A stretch of 64,000 bases of DNA from Amoebidium appalachense (lineage: Eukaryota; Protista; Ichthyosporea). The translations under genes were made by a program, and so were the position numbers. Positions 31,129-63,040 of this stretch are shown one piece after another. Under the pieces are notes generated by a model, which saw only the letters and a list, made by a program, of their open reading frames with translations, did no database searches and was not told where the DNA came from. Each line of letters starts with the position of its first letter. Position 1 is the first letter of the stretch. Where the stretch lies: assembly GCA_963693365.1 (NCBI GenBank), contig CAVNZM010000012.1:5778889-5842888 (forward strand), in the 5' to 3' direction.

Positions 31129-33137
31129 CACGCGGGCAGGCAGGGACATGCACAGGCAGGCAGGTACATGCACAGACATATGGGACATGCACAGGCAGGC
31201 AGGGCTCACCAGCATGGTGTCATCGGCACTATCTTTGGCTGACCGGCAGGCCACCACATTCTCCACACAGGCCTTGTCCGTGTGCACCTTAGCCTTGCAG
31301 TCTGCACCAGCACATGTCAGTGAATGCGTGAAAGTAAGGAGCACGCCAGAGCACGTGCACACACCTGTACATGAACGGGCACGGGCAGGTGCACACACAC
31401 GTGCACATGCAAGTGCACACACACACGTGCACATGCAAGTGCACACACACACACACACACACACGTGCACATGCAAGTGCACACACACACACACACACAC
31501 ACGTGCACATGCAAGTGCACACACACACACACACACGTGCACATGCAAGTGCACACACACACACACACACACGTGCACATGCAAGTGCACACACACGTGC
31601 ACATGCAAGTGCACACACACACGTGCACATGCAAGTGCACACACACGTGCACATGCAAGTGCACACACGCGTGCACATGCAAGTGCACACACACACACAC
31701 ACACGTGCACATGCAAGTGCACACACACACGTGCACATGCAAGTGCACACACACACGTGCACATGCAAGTGCACACACACGTGCACATGCAAGTGCACAC
31801 ACACACACACACACACACACGTGCACATGCAAGTGCACACACACACGTGCACATGCAAGTGCACACACACACACACACACACACGTGCACATGCAAGTGC
31901 ACACACACACGTGCACATGCAAGTGCACACACACACGTGCACATGCAAGTGCACACACACACGTGCACATGCAGGTGTGTATGCACGTGCAGGGGCACGT
32001 ACCGACACACTCGAAGGCCTGCAGGCCCAGGCCCCACAGCAGGTCTGTGCATGATGCGCAGTAGGTGGCCGTGCTGAGTGTGGCCCGCACAAACGTGTGG
32101 CCCTTGTTGTTGAGCGCACTGCCGGGCTGGGGGGGGGGGGGGGGGGGGGGTCAGACGGGCAGGCAGGCATGGGGGCAAGCAGGCAAGCAGGGGCAGGTAG
32201 GCAGGCAGGCAAAGGGGCAAGCAGTCAGGCAGGCAGGCAGGCAGGCAGGCCGGCAGGCCGGCAGGCAAAGGGGCAAGCAGGCAGGCAGGCAGGCAGGCAA
32301 AGGGGCAAGCAGGCAGGCAGGCAGGCAGGCAAAGGGGTAAGCAGGCAGGCAGGCAGGCACCTACCTTTGTGCCTTTGCTTGCTGCAGCCAGGGGCCCGGC
32401 CCTGCGAGCCTTCCTGCTCTCAGCCCTCTTGAGTAGCACCTGCATGGCCCAAGTGTTACCAACCACACAGAAACACAGCCACCCAGCCACACAGCGATAC
32501 CCGCACACACCGCCAATCCAAGATTGAGCAGCCCAATGCAATCCACACGATTCAAACCAACCATACTTATATATAGTTTGCCGTAATTTGTACAATACTG
32601 CAGCCCCATGGCTTTTAGCCTTCCGTCAAACCCTCCCCTCAATCGGGCCAACCTAATCGAGCATCAACACTAGGCTGCACAGCAGAAGCCAAGTGTCCGA
32701 GAGAGGCCCACATCAACACACCGTCCAAACACACACAGAATCCCCCCCCCCCCCCCCCCCCCCTACATGCACACCAGTGCTCATCTTGTACCTGGAACTT
32801 AGCCAATGTCAGTGGTGGCAGCTGCAGCTCATTATAGTACTCGACCACCATGCCCAGCAGCACGGCCAGATAGCCCCTGCTGCCCTCGTCCGTCTCCATC
32901 TCCAGCTGTGTCAGCTTGTCCTCCAGGGTCGGCATGATGCGCTGCGCTATCACCTCCTTCTCTGCCTCTGTCAGCTGCTCACCAGCATGCCCTGCACACC
33001 ACCATCACTCAGTACCACGTTATTGTGACCGGTTTCGCAGTAGGAAGGCTTGTGGGCCTGGCAGGCACATCGAGTGGGTGTGAACAGTATGAAGGTAGGT
33101 GGGTAGAGGGTGGATGGGTTTGCTAACCCCCCCCCCA

Positions 33138-33179
<42 letters not shown>

Positions 33180-33315
33180 ACCCACCCATCCACCCACTTT
33201 CCCACCCACCCACCCACCCCATTATTATTCAACCAAAGGGTAAAGCGAAAGAAAATACCAAATGTAAGGAAGAAGTTGTTGCAACTGGAGTAGGTCTTTG
33301 AGTGAGAGCGGGCAC

Positions 33316-33360
<45 letters not shown>

Positions 33361-33432
33361 GTGTGCGTTTGTACTTGTGTGTGTGTGTACTTGTGTGTGT
33401 GTGTGTCGCGTGTGCATTTGTGCACGTGTGTG

Positions 33433-33504
<72 letters not shown>

Positions 33505-36148
33505 TGTGTGTGTGTTTTTGTGCCGGGGGGGAGGGGGGGGGGGGGGGGGGGGGGGGGAAGGAAGGGAAGGGGGTTGCTGGTCGTTGTGTGAATGGATTGG
33601 TACGTGGCTCTTTCATTCAGTCTTGTTGTATTGGTAGTGCTGTGTGAGCATGGGAGATGGGAGGGGGGGGAGGGGGGGGGGGTGGGTGGGGGGGGGGGGG
33701 GGGGGGGAACAAGGGCACACACTCATCATGTCTACGGGGTACTTGTTTGTCTCCCAGCCGGCCACCCACTGCTCCACCATAGGCCCCAGATACTCGGCAA
33801 CTACCAGCCGCCTGCACACACAGTCAGCAACCCATACTGGTAAGGCCAAAATACGAGACCTTTTAGTGGTAACTTAGCCCTATGGGAACACAGGTTCTAG
33901 CAGCATCTTGGCACTATACAAAAATAGCATTTTTACCCAACAGTAGAGCCATTCGCCCTACTTCAACCCAGAATAGCCGTTCCTTCTCTAGCATAGTATT
34001 CTCCTTACTAAAAACTACAAAAATCACTCGGCCAAAAAATTCTCCATGAACACCCTCTTGCTACCTTTTCTTCTCAGTCTCCACCCCTCCGCCCCCTCCT
34101 GCCCCCCCACCTCCCGGCTATTTCACCTCCCCCTTCTCCCCCCCACCCCCCCCACCACCACCACCACAGACAACCAGCCGTCTCTCCATTTATTCTTCAC
34201 CGTCATCCCGTCCTCCCACCACCACCACCACCAACGCACACACCCACCTGAGAGCAGAAAAGAGCATGGGGATGCCCCCCTCGGGCATGTCTGCCTGGTC
34301 GCTCAGCACCAGCCGTATGTGTGTCACCTCGTCTCCCTCCACCCCCATGTACAGGTAGCCCGTGTCGTCCAGAAATAGCCTGCCAACCATGTCAGCCCTC
34401 CCTCTGAAGACCCCTCTCCCCACCACCCCCTCTCTCTCTTCCCCCCCTCCCCCCTCCCGTCCCTTACACCCCCACCTGAGCCCCATGCACGCCCATGCTT
34501 CAGGCACCCACCTTCTGATCTCGTCCGGGTCGTGCCGTGTCTTTGTGCGGTATTTTGTTTCTGTGATCACAAACAGCTGCGGCCCAGACACAAAAGTCAG
34601 TTGTGCTCACCAATAGCTCCTCTACAATAATAACACAAAAGCAACCCCCCCCCTCCACCCTCTCACTAATGTTCACCTATGCCGGTGTGTGCACTCTCGC
34701 AATCAAGGCCTCTCAATCTCCATACCAAGAGGTTAAATCACTCGATATGAATGAAATACCCTGCAGTGACATCTGGAATAGCATTGTTTTTGTTTTGTTT
34801 TTTGTTTTTTTTCTTTGCATGTATGTTATCGTGTATATCTTGGTTCGTGACTCCGTGTATTGGGTTTGTGTGTGCGCGCGCGTCTTTGTTTTTCCTGTGT
34901 TATGTGTGGATAAGTGGGCGATTGATCGAGCGAGCGAACACAGGCGTGTGAGCGTGTGAGTTTGAGTGTAAGTGTGACTGACTGAGTGAGTGAGCAAGAG
35001 TGCGTGTGTGTGCGTGTGCCCATGCCAGTGTGGGTGCCGTTGGGTTTTTGTTTGCAAGGCCACACTTGTGCGTTTCTGTGTGGTTGTGCAAGTCGTGTGC
35101 GTGTGTGACACCTAACTGAACAAGTGTTCTGTCTTGTAGAGATGATGATGTGGTGGTGTGTCGTGTGTGTATGTGTGCAGGCGTAGGACCCCATTTACGT
35201 GTGTGTGTGTTTTGTGTGGCAGCCAAGCTCAGCTGGGACTGTCTGCACAGCAGCCATAGTGAGCAACTCAACTGCCATAGGAAGGGTGTTGTGTGAGGAA
35301 ACATGTGGTCAGGCTATGAGTGCGGTGATTTTGGGTGCAGCAGTGCTTTGCTGGTATATGCAGATCTGGTTATCTATATGTTCATTATGTTTTCTGACAG
35401 CACATGTTTGCATACACATAATTATGACTTGAGAAACTTGCACGTTTCTTGTTTCATTCAGCAATTCCTGCACGGTTTGGGCTGCCAGCAACTAGAACCA
35501 TCAAGGAAATTACCGTGCCTACTCGGTGTGTGTGTGTGACTAAGAAAGGGTGCAACAGAGCTAACACGGAACTAGTCGTTGATACCACAGTGGTGCATGG
35601 AGGTGTATGAGAAGGTTTGGTGTGGTGAGATCTATCGAACGGTTTTCGTCAAGGTTCACGGTATATGGTGCGCAGAAAAATCTGACAATAAAAATTAGTG
35701 CGATATGCCTGACAGTGTGTGTTTGAGTTATTTCAACCCTACACGGTATGCCGAGGCACTTGTGGCAGGGAGGCAGAAATGCTAAGCATGTGCAGGCAAG
35801 AGACATCAGCACACTGGCTACCGTCATCATAAATTTGTGGGTCAAAAACCGCCCTCAAAGAGTGCAACGATGATCAACTGCAAGCAGGGTAAGCAGATAT
35901 TGCGTTACACAACAAGTGGCTCCAAAAGGTGCCTATGGTGGTTTTGAAGCGGCAAAAAAAAGTGTGCAGCCAGGCAGTGGATTCCAAAACAGAAAAAACG
36001 TGTGTGGGTTGGCGTGCGAGCTGGATTTAGTACCCACCGTTTGGTGTGTCACTGGCGAGCTTTCGCATGTTTCCACAAGGTGTGAGAGAAACAAAGCGAG
36101 CAGGATGGGTCTTTTGAAGAGCTCCTCGGGATTCATGTTGGGCACCAT
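23732..36148 (-). CDS. RhoGEF with N-terminal RH/RGS-like region, C1 domain, DH and PH domains (>20 exons)
   Basis: C1: [44 protein letters not shown] (~32120-32005 and ~31300-31211). DH: [51 protein letters not shown] (~28900-25640). PH: [41 protein letters not shown] (~25280-24311). The N-terminal [22 protein letters not shown] resembles the p115/LARG RH domain. In-frame TAG at 23732-23734. Several N-terminal exon joins are unresolved. Confidence 0.88.
23905..24075. repeat. Intronic minisatellite, 39-bp unit, ~4 copies
   Basis: gcatggctgaaaacactaagcagattgcaaagcacacat repeated. Confidence 0.9.
26092..26335. repeat. Intronic minisatellite, 30-bp unit, ~8 copies
   Basis: atggcaggttatagttacaacgcaagatgc repeated. 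Confidence 0.95.
26411..26675. repeat. Intronic minisatellite, 22-23-bp unit, ~11 copies
   Basis: cacagggcacgtgcacac(ac)(t/a)tt repeated. Confidence 0.95.
26821..27384. mobile_element. Non-autonomous DNA transposon (564 bp) with TIRs and target-site duplication, inside a RhoGEF intron
   Basis: Left TIR atagcaaaccccaaactcgaaca; the right end reverse-complements to atagcagactccaaactggaaca (3 mismatches in 23). atcaggaat occurs at both ends (TSD of 5, 7 or 9 bp depending on the TIR boundary). Interior is AT-richer and non-coding. Confidence 0.85.
27419..28080. repeat. Compound minisatellite: conserved ~35-bp unit separated by variable (CA)n, ~13 copies
   Basis: cacgtggttggatctagaatgtgct(t/g)gcaggc(aggc) followed by CA runs of differing length. 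Confidence 0.92.
29755..30154. repeat. Intronic minisatellite, ~31-bp unit, ~13 copies
   Basis: tgtcagaata(a/g)ccat(a/g/c)tcatgaagtgatgaa repeated. Confidence 0.95.
31391..31975. repeat. Compound minisatellite gtgcacatgcaagtgcac + variable (AC)n, in the intron splitting the C1 domain
   Basis: About 20 copies of a near-palindromic 18-mer with variable AC linkers. Confidence 0.92.
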
Positions 36149-37665
36149 TTTAAACAAAAGGTTGTGACTGGTTATTCAACGGTACTGTATGAGGTCGCAA
36201 ACCAATGTTTCGTAATGTAGCAAGAAGCTAATTAAAACTCTACGTTTTTAAAAAAAACCTTAGCTTCCCTATTTCTGCACACTCTACACAAAAAGTATTT
36301 TGATAGCCGTTTCTCTGACGTGCCCAAGGTTATTGTTTGCGTGAACTGTGACGGTTTAGGTTCGCCGTGTGAAGCCGGTGCCTTGGCGACTGATAGGAAC
36401 AGGCAACTTTGCGCCTGTTGCTCTATTGGCTCGTTGCGCACCGCTCAAAAGGTTGATACTGTACGTGATATTTATCAAACCAAAAGACATAACTAATCCA
36501 AAAATATGTGTCTACCAATCACATGTATTATATAGCATTTGTAGTGGCCTACTAAACCTAATCGCTGGCAAATTCCACCTTCACCTTTGGGCCAGGCCGG
36601 CCTGGCCAGACTGCCAGTGTGACGCCACTTCTGCTACTGGTTAGACTGCCAGTCAGCTGCTCAGGTCAGCCCGGCTGTGTGTGTAGCGCTGGTTGCATGC
36701 TTGGGGGTAATATGTATAGTACATATACCAATACGTCTGGTGCATCCTTTGAATGGCCCTAGGGTGCAGTTGCAATAGGTTGCAATATATGGAGGGGGTT
36801 TACCATTGAAAGGGACCCTGATCATGAAGCTACATGAGGTGGATCCGAACACGTATGTATGTGCGTCCATGGCCAGCCCCTACCTCTACACAGTTGTTAC
36901 TGTTACATTAGCTTTAGTGCATAGAAGGTGTTCTGCTTGTGGAGGGTGCAAATTTTCTCCTCTGCTTTGGACAGATAAAAGACTTTTCCCACTACCCTGC
37001 AAAAGACACCTTGTTGTTCATCATATCACCCCCTTAGCAACTTCAAGCTACACAATTATTTGTGGAACTCAGTTGGCACTTGTACATACAGTAGCCGTTC
37101 GATCACTGTTGCTATGATACATATCCGGTGGGGGGGAAGGCGGGGGCATGAGCACATGCGAGAGGGAAAGGGGTAAGTCTACTGGTACTGGGGAAGCAAG
37201 GCATTTTTGGTGTCCAAAGGTTCTTGCCCAATGCAAAAGAATAATTATCAGGCGTGGGTGTTTTGCAGCCCTGATTACTGTCTAGCCGCAGTGAAGCGCA
37301 CGAAGCGGCAAACATAAGCACAAGAGCCAAACCAGAAACTGAATGGTCATCCGATAGCCTACTCTGTGGCACTTGTGCACTCAAGGCAAGGCTTACGTGA
37401 GTGCCAGATCTTCTAGTCATTATACAAGAGGGGCCTTGGGAATGTGCAACAGCTAGCTAGGTGTGCAAAAGTGAAACCCCAATCTGGAGCTTCTTTTTTT
37501 TTACTGTGGGAACCAAAAAAGAGTGTAGCCGGGGAGGCAGGAGGAGTGGAGGAGGGGGGTGGGGGGTGGGCGCTAACTTTTGGCTGTGGTAATGACAGTC
37601 GCAAGAATCTCGCAAGGGGAAAGAAAACGAGAGACAGAGAGAGAGAGAGGGTGGGAGGGGGGGGG

Positions 37666-37707
<42 letters not shown>

Positions 37708-37717
37708 AAGGGGGGGG

Positions 37718-37754
<37 letters not shown>

Positions 37755-38123
37755 GGGGGGGGAGGGGGAGAGGGAGGAAGGGATAGAGGAGAGGGGGCTT
37801 TGGGGCTACTCAGTGTCAGTCTCGGATCTGCGCTTTGCTAATACTTCATGGACATCCGATGGGTGATCAAAAAAGCCGACCGCCTTTCAAGTTGTCACAG
37901 AAGCATGAAACCCTTCCATTATTGGTGCTGCTTGAAAAAAGGAGCGAGACTCGCGAGCCTTGTTGTAGGTTCTTTGGTTCCAGAAACGAAGCACGACGAC
38001 ATTGTGACCTGTGAACATGAACTTCTGTGCAGGGGTTGGTTGGGCTTTTTTTTTGGAAGAACCGATGCTGTGCGCTTTCCTGCTTGGGGTGCGTAACTAC
38101 ATTACGATAAGGCATGGCGGCAC

Positions 38124-50655
<12,532 letters not shown>

Positions 50656-51329
50656 CCCGGCCATTTGATTTTAGTTTTAGGCGGTGAATTTAGGGTGGGG
50701 CATGTATAGGTATGTACATAGTCTATGGCCAGTTTACATTAGTCGGCTGGGCATACGGCCTGGCGCAAACCATTGGTGCAGGGTCACAGGAATGCCCGCA
50801 CGTGTATTATACAAACTCTGTGACACCCAGTGACACTAACAGGCACTGATGCATGCACGTCCTTGGGCACACACAAGCACGCACGGACATACTCCCACAT
50901 CATGCACACACACGCGCGCGCACACACACACACATTACAACCCAAATCCACTCACACATATATACGTGTGCGCACGCCCCGGTGCGTAACCACCAAATTG
51001 ACAAAGACTGCCACCAATGTTACCACAATGTCAAACACTCAGTCCTGCACACTGTATTTTGATTTTGATTCTGAGGTGCACCAGCCATGCTTGAACCAGC
51101 CAATATGAGGCTTTACCACCACATAACCACGTGTCCTGTGTGAAGTCCCCCTTTTATTTTAAACACCGGATTGGCTGTTCTCAATCAAATTTCCCTTTTG
51201 TATGTGCATGGTTGTGGGGATGGCATTTGCCTTTTTATGTTATTCTTTGTTTTTCCTTTTCAAAGATGTTGGTTACAACACGTGTGTGTGCGCTTGGTTC
51301 CGGAGAGGGATGAGTGGAGGGGGGCGAGA

Positions 51330-51711
51330 GGCATGCCATTGGACAGAGAGCCGGGGAGGTGGGGGTGGAGTGGGGGGGGGGAGGAGGGGAGTGGAGGCAT
51401 GCACAGGGGCCGGGGAAGGTGGGGGGCGTGGGGAGGCCAGCACAGAGGTCGGAGGCCCGGGGGGGGGGGAGGGGGGGGGGGGGGGGGGGGGGGAGGGGGA
51501 GGGGGGCATGCACAGAGGGCCGGGGGAGGGAGGGGAGGGAGGGGAGGGTTGGAAGCATAGGCACAGAGGGCGGGCCCGGGAAGGTTGGAGGCAGGGGGGG
51601 GGGAGGTGGTTGTGGTGGTGGTGGTGGGGGGGGGGGATGCACAATGTAGAGGGCCGGGGGATGGGGGGGGAAGGAGGCATATGCAGATCTGCGGGCGAGG
51701 AGCGGAGGGGA

Positions 51712-51744
<33 letters not shown>

Positions 51745-52190
51745 TCACGTTTTGTTCCCGGAAAGCCTCTGCAGGCCCTCTAGGGAAACTACCGTCTACC
51801 ACACAGCACCGACAGTACACTAGTTAAGGCGCCATCTATGAGTTCAGCTAAGCTTAACCAAGGAGGGGAGAGGAGTGGGGGAGGAGGGGCCCCATGAGCA
51901 TGCGCAAAGGGCGGGCTGGATTTTGGGGTGGGGGGTGGAGGGGGAGGCCGCACAGCTAGCTAGATCTAGAGGGTCGGGGGAAAGGAGGGGGGGGGGGGGG
52001 GGGGGGGGGGGGAGGGAGGGGAGACCTAGGGAGGCATGCACAGGGGGGGCCTGGGGAGGGGGGGGGGAAGGGGGGGGGGGAGGGGGAGGCATGCACAGAG
52101 GGCCGGGAAGGGGGGAGGGGGGAGGGGGGAGAGGCATGCGCAGAGACCAGCCGGAAGGGGAGGCCCCGGGGGGCATGCAAAGAGGGCAAA
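51330..52190. repeat. Degenerate G-rich repeat with core ggcatgcacagagggccgggg
   Basis: The core recurs at e.g. 51396, 51505, 52033, 52088 and 52133 between poly-G tracts. Confidence 0.6.
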
Positions 52191-52691
52191 GCTGCTTCAC
52201 ATACACGCACACACACACGTGTGCAACCACAAGTGCGCCCCACACCATAAGCAAATGCTACGTACGTGACTGCATTTGCCCAAACGGCAACAGTCTAGCC
52301 AAGCACAGTGACTCCCAGTGGTTTTTCATGGTGTCAGTGAGATAACAATAAGTGTGGCTGGACAGCTGCAGGCTGGCAATTTGTGGGCCAGAAATACGCA
52401 TATGAACAATGGCACGACTTAAGCACATGTAAGTGCGGGGTTTACGCTGTTTGCTCGAGGCAAAGAGAGACCAGTCTCAGGTATGGGGGGGTTTTGCTCG
52501 GAATATCCCCTCAGCGGTATATCATGATCGAGTACATAGATGTCGGGTGATGATTATATATCAGGGTTTACTTTCTCTACGATCTACGAGGCACCATAAA
52601 GACTAATAAAACCAATTAGTTGGGTTCCCCGTTTTTTTTTTTTTTTTTTTTTTTTTTTTTCGGGCTCCCCTGGGACACTCAGTATCAGCTG

Positions 52692-52776
<85 letters not shown>

Positions 52777-52859
52777 AGAATTTTCTAATGATGTGTTTCT
52801 CAAGCCAATCAATACATCTAATAAACAGGTCATAGTTACGTGTGTTTAGTATAAAATCA

Positions 52860-54625
52860 AGGATGTTGTAATTTTCAGGTAGGCTATCTTTCTGGGTGTC
52901 TGTTGTGAATGTGACGTGTGTGTGTTGTGGTATTGTGTGGTCTATCGAACTACATTTGGCGATACATTATCGTTTAAACTGGTGTGTGTGTGTGTTGTTT
53001 GGGCATGTAAACGATGCCACCTTACACTTATTAGATCTCCACTGTATAGCACGTGTACAGTAAAAGCGTGGTAAGTGCTCAATAATACCATCAGCTAGAG
53101 AAAGACCAGTTCTACAGGAAGGTAATCTGTGATTAGGTGTTATACATTTGCGAGTGCCATATTTGGCAATATGGTTAAGGCGGTCATCATATATAAAACG
53201 AGACATAAGGCTTAGTTTTCCAAGGTGTCTGCTTTCATCGGGTCTAGTGTCGTGTGGTATCTTTTTCCATTTGTTATATTGTGTAATTATTTTGTGATTA
53301 TGTACATGTCTAATAAGTAAGTGGCAGTCCAAAGTCACACTTTTGCGGGGTTTATTTGTATTTGTGCCCGGGGAAGAAGGAGAGAGGGAGGGAAGGAAAG
53401 AGGGGAGAGGTGGGGAGGGGACAGGTCGGATAGAGAAGAGAGGGTGGGAGGGCAGATAATTAGCGGCTTATGTGCTTATTGAATTTCAGCGCAAGATGGG
53501 ATACTCTAGCAGCTATTGGGACCAGACCATATATCGAGAGCGTTACAGGCCCAGGTTTAAAACAGTTGTTAGATAGAAAGGAGGCAACTTCTACTTCAAG
53601 GAGATTTGCCAAGGGTTTAAGCGCTCTAGTTCTCTTTTTCTGGATCCAAGCGGCAAGAAGGGGTAAACCATATTCACATGCCGGGAAGACAAAAGTGCGA
53701 ATGAATGTAAGTCTAATAGAAGGATGGATGGGTGTGTCTTTAAAATATTAGCTGAGAAGAAAGCTAACGGCTTACGAGCCAGCGTGACCCTCTTTTCAAC
53801 CATATGGGAAAACATAACACCAACAGAATTGAACGGAACTCCAAGATATTTGTATTCTGGAACGATAGGTACAGGTTTAGATGACAATTTAATTGTGTGT
53901 AAATTGTTATCTATATCAGGTACAAGAACACCACGTTTGTCTATGTTAAGGATCATAAGGTTTGCCTTGCACCACTCTGACACTATATCGAACAATCTTT
54001 GCAGGCGTCTAGGGGTACGGGCAAGGAGGGACAGATCATCAGCATAGAGAAGTGCAGGCGGAAAGTTATTAATAGGGTCATCATTTTCGGCATAAATCTT
54101 GACAGCCAAATCATCTATAAATAGGTTAAACAAAAAGGGGCCGAGCAATGAACCCTGCTTGAGACCTCTAGTAGGAGAAAAACCATATGAAAGGTGCCCA
54201 TTAACCACAGCTCTACCATAGGTTTGAGACAAGAGTGCTTCTATCAAAACACCAATGCAGTGTGGTACACCCCGTGCAGCAAGCTTTCCCCATAGAAGAC
54301 CAGGGGAGACAGAATTGTAAGCAGTTTTCCAATCAATAAAACCAACATATCGTGCACCAACTTGCACAGAATCGTGCAGTGCCATTATTTGAACATAACA
54401 TGAATTGTTTTTACATGTAAGTGCCCCAGTCGCTTGAATATATTCAATGCTTCAGCATTTGAAGAAGACAGCTCTGCCGTCAGCATAACCAATCATAAAT
54501 TCAATAATACCATTCAGTGCCCAGAAAGCGGGCAATACGGAAACACAACGGTGGCCCATGTATGGTACACTGCATGTTCCGAGTGTCTCACCACAATAAT
54601 AGCATGCAGGCTGCATATGGCCTAG
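52860..54625 (-). mobile_element. Degenerate, 5'-truncated non-LTR retrotransposon (LINE) reverse transcriptase
   Basis: ORF 53591..54385 has RT motifs FIDWKTAYNSV, GLKQGSLLGPFLFNLFIDDL, LLYADD and YKYLGV. Flanking frames are broken. AT-rich and intronless. A (CA)n tract and an A30 run lie downstream on the minus strand (52631-52773). Confidence 0.9.
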
Positions 54626-55032
54626 CCCAATGCAAATGCGTACAATATACATAAAAAGGGTTCTAAATAGGATTCCACTGGGGTCTAAATACAAGCAAGG
54701 TGTACATGTGGTGCATGGGTATATACATTCATATTCAGTTAAAAAAAAAAAAAAGGCATATCCCAAGAAAAACAACATGTGCACACCGCAAAAATCCTTG
54801 GCCAAAGAAGGCGTAACGTTAACCCTTGGATGTGGTGCCATTGCCTGTGCGTATGTGTATGTGTGCACCCGAGTGCATGCATCTGTGTGTTCGTGTGTAG
54901 GTTAGTCTCCATGCTATACATGTAGCAGCCAGTATCCGCACAATCAATCACCCCAGCAGCACACACATCTGCATGCACCTCTCTGCTCCCCCCCCCCCCC
55001 CCCCCCCCCCCCCCACAAACACACACACACAC

Positions 55033-61059
<6,027 letters not shown>

Positions 61060-61919
61060 GCTTGGTTGGGAGGAGGTGACGTGTGTACGGAAAGCGCGTA
61101 GGAGTTTGTGTTTGGAACTTGAAAAGGCATAAGAAAAATAGCCCGTGCGGTATGAAGGTTGAGTTGAAAACGAAAATGGGCTGGCAGTCTGACACCAAGA
61201 TAATGAACTGACACCGAAAAAAAAAAAAAAAAAACGCGCACGGTTTGGAGCTGCTTGTACATGGCTAGAAGATCGCCCAAGCTTTGGACGAATCAACGGA
61301 TGACAGGATGAGCCACGGTATTCTAGACATGATATGCATCCAATAGAAAACAGAAAAATCATCATCGATCATACTATGTAGTACTATTAGACTGGTTGCA
61401 GTATACTGCAGTGTTGCATATTGTGATATCATATCCAGACCAGGATCTTCCACCATGTGTCTGAACGTATGTTGGATTTTTGTGTATTTATGTAAAAAAA
61501 CTCCTGTGCACACCGAGTCAATACACCGAATGCGAAGTAATGCTTCCGCGAGTACCATCAATCATGACCACCACTCCAGTCACATCACAGATTCATAAGG
61601 CTGCTTTTGCCGCTTCCACAAAGAACAAACCTGCCTAATTTGGTAAGCGTGGGTAGAACTTTTACCCGATTCGCTGAGCGGAACCTCGGGAGTCGAGCTG
61701 CCCGAACAGCGTGTCAGGCTTCCAGAGGCTCCCCCACCCTCGAGCTCCCTACATGCAGTGCCCATTCTACACCAACATCATACTATGGCCAGGGTATGTA
61801 CCACACTCTGTATGTACTCAAAATAGGTGGCCCTGACCAGAAAAATTTCAAATCGATCCATGAGAAGTATCCAACCCTACGGTATATACGTACGTACGCG
61901 TGGCACGTGCACGTGCAAG

Positions 61920-62337
61920 TCACTCATTAAGGGACCATGGCCATGGACATGATGGAAGATACCTCTGTTTTTGGCTATGACCGCACACACAGACGCACAC
62001 AGACGTACATACCGAAACAGACATCGAGACATACATAAACACACATGAACAAGTACACACAACCGCATACACGGGCACACACACGCAGACACACACAGGT
62101 GCACATGTCACATTACATATGTACAAGATGTCGTGCACAAACAAACTTGCCCGTTTCACCTCAGAGACAGAGGTGGGTATAGGCAGAGTAAATTGAAAGA
62201 CGGTAGCCTCGATTTCTATGTAGCGAAATGGGAAACATACACACAGTGTCATCCCACAGTCCACACGCACGCACGCACGCACACACACACACACGCATGC
62301 ACGCACGCGCGCACCGCGGCACGCGCGCGCGTGCGCG

Positions 62338-62393
<56 letters not shown>

Positions 62394-63040
62394 ACCGCTA
62401 ACCCGCCCACCCAGCCATCCACACCTACACTCAAAGGCTTTGGTATATTTCTCAGCACTGTACATGTGGCGCAGGTTGCTGTTGTCCTAGTAGATCGTAT
62501 CGTAGATCCCGGACCGCTGCAACAGAAGTCACGTATACATACGCACTGTTCACAAGTGTGGACATAACTTGCATAACCCACCACACCAATCTTTTCCTTG
62601 GGCAGTTTCTTACAAGACCTCTGATTCAACTGCCCCATAGGTCTGAACGGGAATATCAATCAACAACAACATTTATATGTCATTCGATGTAATGCAACTG
62701 TTCAGCAACGTACACAACACAGCCTTTATGGTAACTCTCATTTACAACAACCTTCGTCTATTCCCCATGATCTTGGTGAAGCCCACCAGCCCAGGGTGGA
62801 AACCAGCACATGTTCATTCGTTCCAAGAAATAGCACCACACCATCTTCGATTTCATTCACAAACCTACTAACATTATCCCCAAGGTGACAGCCCAAACAC
62901 AGCATAAATAATGTCATCCAGCTCAGCCAGGGCTGCCTCCGCGTGCTGCCGTGTTGTCTGGTCTGGGTCGCTGCTTGCTGTGTGGCGCAGCATCTCATAG
63001 ATGGGCCGCATACGTGGTCCCAACATCCTGTGCACACAGT
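61920..63040 (-). pseudogene. Spliced pseudogene resembling the Cys-rich P2X7-ballast/Nanor-like domain
   Basis: Fragments CTGCW..MRCC, CITSNDI*, IYDTIY*DNSNLRHMYSAEKYTKAFECR | NRGYRLSIYSAYTHLCL*GETGN | QKQRYLPSC. The last three exons join in consistent phase at GT..AG sites; several in-frame stops. Confidence 0.45.

Noticed and set aside
30904-32595. 563-aa Cys/Val/His-rich ORF and similar long ORFs (43845-45029, 49303-50533, 1889-2876)
   Set aside because: These are translations of CA/GT micro- and minisatellites that lack stops in several frames; only short embedded exons are coding.
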